From: an uncultured Acidobacteriota bacterium
Lineage (GTDB): Bacteria; Acidobacteriota; Thermoanaerobaculia; Multivoradales; UBA5704
Direction: 5' to 3'
Length of the DNA: 64,000 nucleotides
Assembly (NCBI GenBank): GCA_963799925.1
Contig: CAWCYZ010000004.1
Coordinates: 1,355,170 to 1,419,169, forward strand
Below, in pieces: positions 40,578 to 64,000 of this stretch. The first letter of the stretch is position 1. The number at the start of each line of letters is the position of its first letter. The notes beneath the pieces were generated by a model. That model made no database searches, had not been told where the DNA came from, and was given only the letters and a program-made list of their open reading frames with translations. The translations under genes were made by a program, and so were the position numbers.

Positions 40578-42296
40578 ATGTCTGACGAGAGAGACCAGAA
40601 ACGAGGCAGACTGGCCCGTGTCGCCGTGCTGCTGATCGCCGCCTGTGGGACGATGGCGGCCGGCCGGCTGGCCGCCGACGGCGGTCCCCGCGTCTCGCCG
40701 GAGGTGCGCGTCAACGCCCCGCAGCAGCTCTTCCCCAACGACAACCCGACCCGCAGCACGACGACGATCGCGGCGAGCGCCGACGGCCAGAACCTGCTCG
40801 TCGGTTTCGAGGACTTCCAGGGAGTCTGCGGGCCGCCGTCGAATTTTGCCTGCCCGCCGCCGAACCCGCCGGGGGTCGTCGGCTTCTCGTTCTCGACCGA
40901 TGGCGGCAGGAGCTGGACGGATGGCGGCGCCCCCTTCCCGACCGGTGCCACCATCACCCAGGGTCACCCGTGGGCCGATCGGTTGTCGGCGCGGGGAGAC
41001 GATGAAGATGGAGAGGAGGGCCACGGAGACAGCGAGCACGGCCACGGAGATAGTGAGCACGGCCGCGACCGCGACACCTATTTCCTCAGCACCGTGCTGG
41101 AGAGCGCGACCGCGCCCAGAGCCGTGGCACTGGGCATCTATCGGGGTCACTTCGGCGCCGGCACGTTCGCCTTCGACGATGTGAGGACCCTCGCTCCGGC
41201 CAACCCCTTCGACCAGTTCACGCGCGCGGCGCTCGCCGCCGCCAAGGACGGACGCCAGGACGCCTATGTCGCGCTGATCAACATCGACGAGATCTGCGAG
41301 GTGCCCTTCGCCGGGTTCGGCCAGGTCGAGGTCTTCAGCACGCACGACGGCGGCAACACCTGGACGGGTCCGGTGATCGTCAGCCCCGAGACCGCCACGA
41401 TCCTCGATCCCAACGATCCCGATTGCGGCAATGCGGGATTCCTGCAGATCGCGCCGGCGGTGACGATCGGGCCGCGCGGCGAGGTCTACGTGGTGTGGCA
41501 GTACGGCCCCGAGTTCCTCCTCGACGGGACCAACACGGCGACCGATCGGATCGCCTTCTCGCGCAGCACCGACGGCGGCCAGACCTTCTCGGCGCCGGCC
41601 TTCATCGCCGGGCTCAACGACATGCGGGCCAACCCGCCGGTCGGCCTGGGGCAGAACCGCATGAACGACCAGCCGCGCATCGCGGTGGCGGCCAGCGGGC
41701 CCCACCGCGGCCGCATCTATGTCACCATCTTCCCGGCGGTCGCGCCGGTAGCGGTGCCCGCCACCGTGCAGTCGACCGTGTCGTCCCAGGCGTACATCCT
41801 CTTCTCCGACGACCAGGGCCGCACCTGGAGCGCGCCCCAGGCCCTCGCGCCGCCGGTGCCTCCGACCGGGGTCAAGCGCATCTGGCCGACCGTCAGCGTG
41901 CGGCCGAACGGCGCGGTCGACGTGGTCTACCTCGAGAGCCAGGAGGTCGCGACCGGCACGCCGTGCAGCGTGCCCATCGGCACGGTGGCCAAGCGCACCG
42001 GTCCGGCGAGCTCTCTGGTCGACACCTTCTGGGTGCAGTCGCGCGACGGCGGGTCTTCCTTCGGGCCGCCCGTCCGGGTGTCGTCGCAGACCAGCAACTG
42101 GTGTACCGCTCCCTATAAGTTCGCCAGCGCTCTGCTCGCCAACTTCGGGTTCTACATCGGAACGGCCTCGGTCGGCGACCGTACGTTGGCGGTCTGGCCC
42201 GACGACGGCAGCGGCGGCCCCATCGACGTGCTGTTCGCCACCATCCAGGGGGAAGAGAAGAGCGGCCGGCACGACGACGATTCGCACCGTCGCTGA
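40578..42296 (+). CDS. Secreted BNR/Asp-box repeat protein (sialidase / glycoside-hydrolase-like fold), 572 aa, with an acidic His-rich insert
   Basis: Intact ORF. N-terminal signal-like LARVAVLLIAACGTMAAG. At least five Asp-box motifs (SxDxGxTW/F): STDGGRSW, STHDGGNTW, SRSTDGGQTF, SDDQGRTWS, SRDGGSSF. Insert DDEDGEEGHGDSEHGHGDSEHGRDRD is encoded by a 21-bp tandem duplication at about 41019-41060. Confidence 0.6.
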   Translation: MSDERDQKRGRLARVAVLLIAACGTMAAGRLAADGGPRVSPEVRVNAPQQLFPNDNPTRSTTTIAASADGQNLLVGFEDFQGVCGPPSNFACPPPNPPGVVGFSFSTDGGRSWTDGGAPFPTGATITQGHPWADRLSARGDDEDGEEGHGDSEHGHGDSEHGRDRDTYFLSTVLESATAPRAVALGIYRGHFGAGTFAFDDVRTLAPANPFDQFTRAALAAAKDGRQDAYVALINIDEICEVPFAGFGQVEVFSTHDGGNTWTGPVIVSPETATILDPNDPDCGNAGFLQIAPAVTIGPRGEVYVVWQYGPEFLLDGTNTATDRIAFSRSTDGGQTFSAPAFIAGLNDMRANPPVGLGQNRMNDQPRIAVAASGPHRGRIYVTIFPAVAPVAVPATVQSTVSSQAYILFSDDQGRTWSAPQALAPPVPPTGVKRIWPTVSVRPNGAVDVVYLESQEVATGTPCSVPIGTVAKRTGPASSLVDTFWVQSRDGGSSFGPPVRVSSQTSNWCTAPYKFASALLANFGFYIGTASVGDRTLAVWPDDGSGGPIDVLFATIQGEEKSGRHDDDSHRR

Positions 42297-42312
42297 GTAG
42301 GTCCGCGGCCGA

Positions 42313-42370
42313 TCCGGCCGGCGCCGCCGCGCTGCAGCTCGCGCGGCGGCGCCGGCCGGGCGGCTTTTCA
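42313..42370 (+). terminator. Rho-independent-type terminator candidate downstream of the BNR gene
   Basis: Perfect 18-19 bp GC stem, ccggccggcgccgccgcg(c) at 42314-42331 paired with cgcggcggcgccggccgg at 42342-42359, about 8-nt loop tgcagctc, followed by cggcTTTTc at 42362-42368. Lies 17 nt after the stop at 42296. Confidence 0.55.
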
Positions 42371-42429
42371 CCGCGTCTTACGGCGAGCCCGCAGAGGGGA
42401 TCTCATCGCCCTATGATGGAGAACGACTC

Positions 42430-44880
42430 ATGAGAGACCTTCTACAGGACCTGCGGATCGGGCTGCGCCAGCTGGTACAGGACCGCGGCTTCTCGCTGGC
42501 GGCCATCCTCACCCTGACGGTGGGCATCGGCGCCACCGCGGCCATGTTCACCATGGTCGACGCCGTGCTGCTGCGCGAGCTTCCCTACCGCGACTCCGGG
42601 CGGCTGGTGATCCTCGGCGGCGCCCTGGTGGAGAAGGGGGAGACCAAGCCCTATCCCATCTCTCAGGCGGACTTCGCCGACTGGCGGCAGAAGAGCACTG
42701 TGTTCACCGACAGCTCGGTCTTCGGCAGCCTGGCCTTCAATCTCGAGCAGGGGCCGCAGTCGCAGCGGCTCTGGGGGGAGCTGGTCAACGACCGCTATCT
42801 CGCGCTGCTGGGCCTGAAACCCTCGCTCGGCCGGTTCTTCGATGCCGCGGAGGACGCCAAGCCGATGGAGCGCTATGTCGTGGTGCTCGCCTACGATCTC
42901 TGGCGCAGCAGCTTCGGCGGCGACCCGACGGTGATCGGCCGCCGGCTGCGGCTCAACGACCTCACCTACGAGGTCGTCGGAGTCGGGCCGCGGGGCTTTC
43001 GCGGCCTCTCGGGCAAGGCCGATCTATGGGTCCCCTCCATGGTGCCTCCCGTCCGCGTTTTCTTGACCTCTCGCCGCCTGCGCTGGCTCGACGGCGTGGC
43101 GCGCTTGCGGCCCGGCGTGACGATCGGGCAGGCGCAGCAGCAGATGAAGAGCATCGCCGCCGCCCTGGAGCGGGAGTTCCCCGACTCCAACCGCGGGGCC
43201 GGGGTGACCGTCACCTCGCTCGCGGACTACTGGTTCGGCGGGCTGCGCACGGGCCTCCTCATCCTCACGCTCGGCGCCGGCATCATTCTGCTCATCGCCT
43301 GCATCAACGTCGCGAGCCTGCTGCTGACGCGGGCGGCGGCCAAACAGCGCGCCTTCGCGATCCGTGTCGCGCTGGGCGCCAGCCGCCGGCGGCTGGTCCG
43401 CCAGCTGCTCGTCGAGAGCCTGCTCCTCTCGCTGTCGGGTGCCGCCGTGGGGATCCTGCTGGCGCAATGGGCCCTCGGCGCTCTGGTCGCCGAGAGCGGC
43501 GTCGAGTTTCCGAGCTTCGTCCAGGTCTCCGTCACGCCGCGGGTGATCGTCGCGACCGTCTGCCTGGCGGTCCTCTGCGGCCTCGTCTTCGGCCTCGCGC
43601 CGCTGTCGACCAGCTTCGGCAGCGGGCTCGTGCAGAGCCTCATGCGGGATGAGCAGCAGGCGCGCGGGCACGGCTGGCGCCGCTTCCAGCGGGCCGTCGT
43701 CATCGCCCAGGTGGCGCTCGCCCTCCTCCTCTCGGTCGACGCCGCGCTGATGGCGAAGAGCTTCCACGAGATGGTCGGCGAGGACCTCGGCTTCCAGGCG
43801 GACGACCTGCTCACCTTCCGCATGGACCCGCGGGGACCGAAGTACAGCAAGGACGAATCGGTGACCCGGCTGCTGCGCGAGGAGTACCTGCCGCGGATCT
43901 CGGCGGTGCCGGGCGTGCAGCAGGTGGCGCTCTCCGACCCGACGATGCCGACCGACGGCTGGGCCGGCGGCTTCATGACCATCGAGGATCACGACAGCGA
44001 CCTGCCGGACGGCACCTATCTCGCCATGTGGCACGCCGTGACCCCGGCGTTCTTCGGCGTCCTGCGCATCCCGCTGCTCGCCGGCCGCGGCTTCAACGCC
44101 GAGGACACGCGGTCGAACGTGGTCGTGGTGAGCAAGGCGCTCGCCGACGCGCAATGGCCCGGCAAGGATCCGCTCGGCAAGCGCCTCAAGCTCTCGGCGC
44201 GGATCGACCGCGGCGCTCCCTGGCTGACCGTCGTCGGAGTCGTCGCCAACGTCCGTCACGAGGGGATCCAGCGCGAGCGGTCGCCGGCACCCGACCTCTA
44301 TCTGTCCCTCCTGCAGTTCATCCGGCGGCCGCCTCTGACGATCAATTTCCTGGTGCGTCCGAAGCCCCAGGCGTCGACGGCCGAGCTGCGGTCGGCGCTC
44401 CATCGGGAGATGGCGGCGATCGATCCCGAGCTGCCGGACTATGACGTGGCGAGCCTCGCCGAGAGGCTGGTCAAACAGACCGACAAGCCGAGGTTCGAGG
44501 TTCTCCTGATCGTCATCTTCACCGCTCTCGCGGTGATCCTCGCGGCGATCGGTATCTACGGGGTGATGGCCTACAGCGTCGAGCAACGGCGGCGCGAGAT
44601 CGCCATCCGCATGTCGCTCGGCGCCGACCGCGGCCGCGTCGTCCGTATGGTGGTCGGCAGGGGAGCGGTGCTGGCGGTCGTCGGCCTGGGCCTGGGTCTC
44701 ACGATGGTCCTGGCGCTCAGCCGCCTGCTGATCGACCTCCTCTACCGGACCAGCCCGACCGATCCGCTGGTCCTCGGCGGCACGGCGCTGGTGCTCTTCC
44801 TGGTGACCCTCGCCGCCAACTACCTGCCGGCGCGCCGTGCCTCGAGCGTCGATCCAGTGGATGGGCTAAGGCTTCAGTAA
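42430..44880 (+). CDS. ADOP-family duplicated ABC-transporter permease (two MacB_PCD + FtsX halves), 816 aa; orphan, with no adjacent ATPase gene
   Basis: Intact ORF. N-terminus MRDLLQDLRIGLRQLVQDRGFSLAAILTLTVGIGATAAMFTMVDAVLLRELPY and C-terminus ANYLPARRASSVDPVDGLRLQ match the canonical ADOP/MacB termini. Two repeated halves, each with a 4-TM FtsX-type C-terminal part. Confidence 0.8.
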   Translation: MRDLLQDLRIGLRQLVQDRGFSLAAILTLTVGIGATAAMFTMVDAVLLRELPYRDSGRLVILGGALVEKGETKPYPISQADFADWRQKSTVFTDSSVFGSLAFNLEQGPQSQRLWGELVNDRYLALLGLKPSLGRFFDAAEDAKPMERYVVVLAYDLWRSSFGGDPTVIGRRLRLNDLTYEVVGVGPRGFRGLSGKADLWVPSMVPPVRVFLTSRRLRWLDGVARLRPGVTIGQAQQQMKSIAAALEREFPDSNRGAGVTVTSLADYWFGGLRTGLLILTLGAGIILLIACINVASLLLTRAAAKQRAFAIRVALGASRRRLVRQLLVESLLLSLSGAAVGILLAQWALGALVAESGVEFPSFVQVSVTPRVIVATVCLAVLCGLVFGLAPLSTSFGSGLVQSLMRDEQQARGHGWRRFQRAVVIAQVALALLLSVDAALMAKSFHEMVGEDLGFQADDLLTFRMDPRGPKYSKDESVTRLLREEYLPRISAVPGVQQVALSDPTMPTDGWAGGFMTIEDHDSDLPDGTYLAMWHAVTPAFFGVLRIPLLAGRGFNAEDTRSNVVVVSKALADAQWPGKDPLGKRLKLSARIDRGAPWLTVVGVVANVRHEGIQRERSPAPDLYLSLLQFIRRPPLTINFLVRPKPQASTAELRSALHREMAAIDPELPDYDVASLAERLVKQTDKPRFEVLLIVIFTALAVILAAIGIYGVMAYSVEQRRREIAIRMSLGADRGRVVRMVVGRGAVLAVVGLGLGLTMVLALSRLLIDLLYRTSPTDPLVLGGTALVLFLVTLAANYLPARRASSVDPVDGLRLQ

Positions 44881-45041
44881 GACGTTGAGCGGACCTGACA
44901 ATTCTCGGCGCGGCTTTGAGCCGGCGGCGCACTGGATGCTTTGATGATCACCGCGCCCAAGGTGTGTCCGGCGGGGGCTCCTCGGGGGGGAGCCGCCGGC
45001 GAGCCGGTCGTCGTGCCGACGTCCACCGCGAAGGGGATGGG

Positions 45042-46568
45042 ATGAAGCGCACTCTAGAGCTCACCCGCCGCGATCTGCTGAAGTCCCTGGCGGTCGCGGC
45101 TCCGTCGCTCGCCCTGCCCGGCCTGGCGAGCGCGCTCAAGCCGCCGCCGGCGAAGAGCGAGCGCGGCGCGCCGAAGTCGGTGATCGTCGTCGGCGCGGGC
45201 CTCGCCGGGCTCGCCGCCGCCTACGAGCTGGTCGCGCGGGGCCATACCGTCACGGTGCTCGAGGCCCAGAACCGCCCCGGCGGGCGTGTGCAGAGCCTGC
45301 GCGAGCCCTTCGCCGACGGCCTCTACGCGGAGGCCGGGGCGGTCGAGTTTTCCGGCAGCTATCGCAATCTGGTGCGTTACGTGAAGGCGCTCAACCTGCC
45401 GGTCTCCCCGCCGGAGCCCACGCCGCTCGCCTCGGTCTATCACCTGCGCGGCCGGCGATTCACCGCCCGGTTCGGCGGCAAGGCCGCGGAGCCCGCGTGG
45501 CCCTTCGCGCTCAGCGACGAGGAGCGCAAGCTCGGCGTCAATCGAATGTTCCAGAAGTACTTCGGGATCGTCGACCAGATCGGCGATCCGACCCTGCCCG
45601 GCTGGAAGCTCGATCCCTGGAAGAGCTACGACCAGATGACGATGGCGGACTTCCTGCGCCGCCAGGGCGCCACGCCGGGTGCCGTCGAGCTGCTCGGAGA
45701 CGTCGTGCCGTTCGGCAACGACTGGTCGCGGGTCTCGGCGCTGCATCGGCTGCTCTCCGACGTGACGCTCTTCTACCTCGGCGACGACAGCGCCAAGAAG
45801 TCGATCCCGGGGGGGCTCGACCAGCTGCCTCGAGCGTTCGCCAAGTCCCTCGGCGACCGCATCCGCTATGGCGTCGCGGTGACCAGGATCGTCCACCATA
45901 CAGGCGGCGTCCGCGCCGTCTTTCAGGACCACGGCGCCGAGCGGTGGCTGGAGGCCGATCGCTTGATCTGCACGGCGCCGTGCCCGCCGCTGCGCAAGAT
46001 CTCCTTCGAGCCGGGGCTGTCGGCGGCCAAGAGCCGGATCCTCGAGCAGCTCGAATACCTGCCGGTCTCCCGCATCTTCCTGCAGGTGAATCGCCGCTTC
46101 TGGGCCGACGCCGGCGAGTCGGGCTTCGCCGCCACCGACCTGCCGATCCAGAAGGTCAACGAGGCCCCCTTCGTCCGCACCGGCGTGCGCGGCGAGCGCG
46201 GCATCCTAGAAAGCTACCTGCGCGGGCCCGAGGCGGTGCGCTTCGCCGCCATGGACGAGCCGGCGCGGATCGCTCTCGCGGTCGACAACATGGAGAAGGT
46301 CCATCCGGGCTTCAAACGTCATTTCGAGGTGGGCACGTCGGTGATCTGGGGCGGCGAGCCCTGGGCGGGCGGCGCCTTTGCCTGGTGGCTTCCAGGACAG
46401 CTCACGGGCTGGATGCCGGAGCTCGCGAAAGCGGAGGGGAGGGTCCACTTCGCCGGCGAGCACACCTCGCTCCTCGGCCGCACCATGGAGGGGGCGCTCG
46501 AATCCGGCAACCGCGCGGCGCTCGAGGTCCACGCGGCGCCTCGCCCCTTGAGTCCGTTCACCAGCTGA
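45042..46568 (+). CDS. Tat-secreted flavin-containing amine oxidase (L-amino-acid / monoamine oxidase family), 508 aa
   Basis: ATG at 45042, in frame within ORF 44916..46568, with aagggga 6 nt upstream. Twin-arginine signal MKRTLELTRRDLLKSLAVAAPSLALPGLASA. FAD dinucleotide-binding motif VIVVGAGLAGLAAAYEL...VTVLEAQNRPGGRV. C-terminal FAGEHTS motif typical of amine oxidases. Confidence 0.75.
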   Translation: MKRTLELTRRDLLKSLAVAAPSLALPGLASALKPPPAKSERGAPKSVIVVGAGLAGLAAAYELVARGHTVTVLEAQNRPGGRVQSLREPFADGLYAEAGAVEFSGSYRNLVRYVKALNLPVSPPEPTPLASVYHLRGRRFTARFGGKAAEPAWPFALSDEERKLGVNRMFQKYFGIVDQIGDPTLPGWKLDPWKSYDQMTMADFLRRQGATPGAVELLGDVVPFGNDWSRVSALHRLLSDVTLFYLGDDSAKKSIPGGLDQLPRAFAKSLGDRIRYGVAVTRIVHHTGGVRAVFQDHGAERWLEADRLICTAPCPPLRKISFEPGLSAAKSRILEQLEYLPVSRIFLQVNRRFWADAGESGFAATDLPIQKVNEAPFVRTGVRGERGILESYLRGPEAVRFAAMDEPARIALAVDNMEKVHPGFKRHFEVGTSVIWGGEPWAGGAFAWWLPGQLTGWMPELAKAEGRVHFAGEHTSLLGRTMEGALESGNRAALEVHAAPRPLSPFTS

Positions 46569-46632
46569 CCAAGGTCCCGGAGGCAGGTCGATGGAGCTCA
46601 ACAACGCCTGCGGCGCTCCGCTCCAGCGCGCC

Positions 46633-47403
46633 TCAGAGCACGCCCATGCTGGCGCCGCCGTCCACCTCGACCGTCCGGCCGGTGAAGAAGTCGCACTCCA
46701 GGATGAAGCGGACGGCCTGCCAGATGTCGCGCGGCTGGCCCAGCCGTCCGAGCGGGATGGCCGCCTTGAGGCGGTCGAGCGCGCTCGCCGAGAACCCCTC
46801 CAGGAAGCCGGTCTCCGTCACCCCGGGGGCGATGCCGCCGACCCGGATCCCGTGCTGCGCGAGCTCCAGCGCCCAGGTCCGCGTGCAGGCGTCGAGCCCG
46901 GCCTTCGAGGCCGCGTAGTTCGACTGGCCGGGATTGCCGGCGCGGGCGATCGAGGAGAGGTTGACGACGACCGCGTCGCGCGTCGCCGCGGTGACCACCC
47001 GCGCGGCGAACTCGCGGGTCATGAGGAACTGGCCGGTCAGGTTGACGTCGATCACCTTGCGCCATTGTGCCAGGTGGAGCCTCTTGACCTCGCCCTGCTC
47101 GGGATGGATGAGGAGCGCGTCGCGGGCGATCCCGGCGCTGTTGATGAGGACGTTCAACCCGCCGAGCCGCTCGGCTGCCGAGGCGACGAATCCGGCGACC
47201 GACGCCTCGTCGGTGATGTCGAGCTTGGCGACGAAAACGGTGCCGGGAAGCCCCTCTGCTCGCGCCGCCAGCTCGCGCAGCCCGGCGGCATTGGCGTCGC
47301 CCGCGGCGACGGCGGCGCCGGCCCGCGCGAGCTCCAGGGCGAAGCACGCTCCCAAGCCGCCGGCGCCGCCGGTCACGATCGCCTTCGCCGCGGAAAGCTC
47401 CAT
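46633..47403 (-). CDS. Short-chain dehydrogenase/reductase (SDR; 3-oxoacyl-ACP reductase FabG-like), 256 aa
   Basis: ORF 46633..47772 trimmed to MELSAAKAIVTGGAGGLGACFA at 47403. TGxxxGxG cofactor motif, NSAG, catalytic S...YxxxK (SNYAASKAG), PG motif (IAPGVTETGF). Convergent with the amine oxidase gene and adjacent to the downstream FAAL. Confidence 0.8.
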   Translation of the reverse strand: MELSAAKAIVTGGAGGLGACFALELARAGAAVAAGDANAAGLRELAARAEGLPGTVFVAKLDITDEASVAGFVASAAERLGGLNVLINSAGIARDALLIHPEQGEVKRLHLAQWRKVIDVNLTGQFLMTREFAARVVTAATRDAVVVNLSSIARAGNPGQSNYAASKAGLDACTRTWALELAQHGIRVGGIAPGVTETGFLEGFSASALDRLKAAIPLGRLGQPRDIWQAVRFILECDFFTGRTVEVDGGASMGVL

Positions 47404-47442
47404 GCGCCGAGAGCGTAATACAAAACCCCATCGAAGCGAGCC

Positions 47443-64000
<16,558 letters not shown>

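Overview
This 64-kb window is very GC-rich (about 72%) and is dominated by nonribosomal peptide synthetase (NRPS) coding sequence on both strands. No rRNA, tRNA, CRISPR array or transposase was recognised.

Main blocks:
1. A minus-strand lipopeptide-type NRPS primed by a fatty acyl-AMP ligase (FAAL) covers 1-11770 and runs off the window start.
2. A ~9.3-kb accessory island follows (11.9-21.2 kb). It holds a lower-GC TumE/TumA-like (DUF6516 + HTH) pair, two membrane proteins, a small coiled-coil ORF, a 0.5-kb degenerate tandem-repeat array carrying 7 copies of the palindrome TTCCCGGAA, and two tandem paralogous ~850-900 aa genes. Those two genes look like LanB dehydratase N-terminal (tRNA-dependent glutamylation) domains without an elimination domain, i.e. 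PEARL / split-LanB-like. No lanthipeptide cyclase (LanC), elimination-domain gene or obvious precursor peptide is present.
3. A plus-strand six-module NRPS covers 21225-40413. It begins with only the C-terminal half of a condensation domain, ends in a T domain without a thioesterase, and contains a recent ~3.3-kb tandem duplication of a C-A-T module.
4. A tailoring/export set follows: a secreted BNR (Asp-box) repeat protein, a rho-independent-type terminator, an orphan duplicated MacB/FtsX permease of the ADOP family (a taxonomic hint towards Acidobacteria or Gemmatimonadetes), a flavin amine oxidase with a twin-arginine (Tat) signal, and a convergent short-chain dehydrogenase (SDR).
5. A second FAAL-primed NRPS starts at 47443 and continues past the window end. 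Its first A domain has a serine code, and that module carries a CurM-like PAPS-sulfotransferase (ST) domain inserted between the T domain and the next C domain, an unusual T-ST-C arrangement.

At least 12 frameshifts of 1-2 nt interrupt the NRPS genes and the second LanB-like gene. Most sit at C homopolymers or short tandem duplications, so they are most likely sequencing or assembly indels rather than gene decay; this is unproven.

The supplied ORF track omits ORFs that have no stop codon inside the window. The true reading frames for the minus-strand NRPS (about 1-9766) and the plus-strand FAAL-NRPS (about 50600-64000) are therefore missing from it. I recovered them by translating conserved NRPS core motifs by hand.
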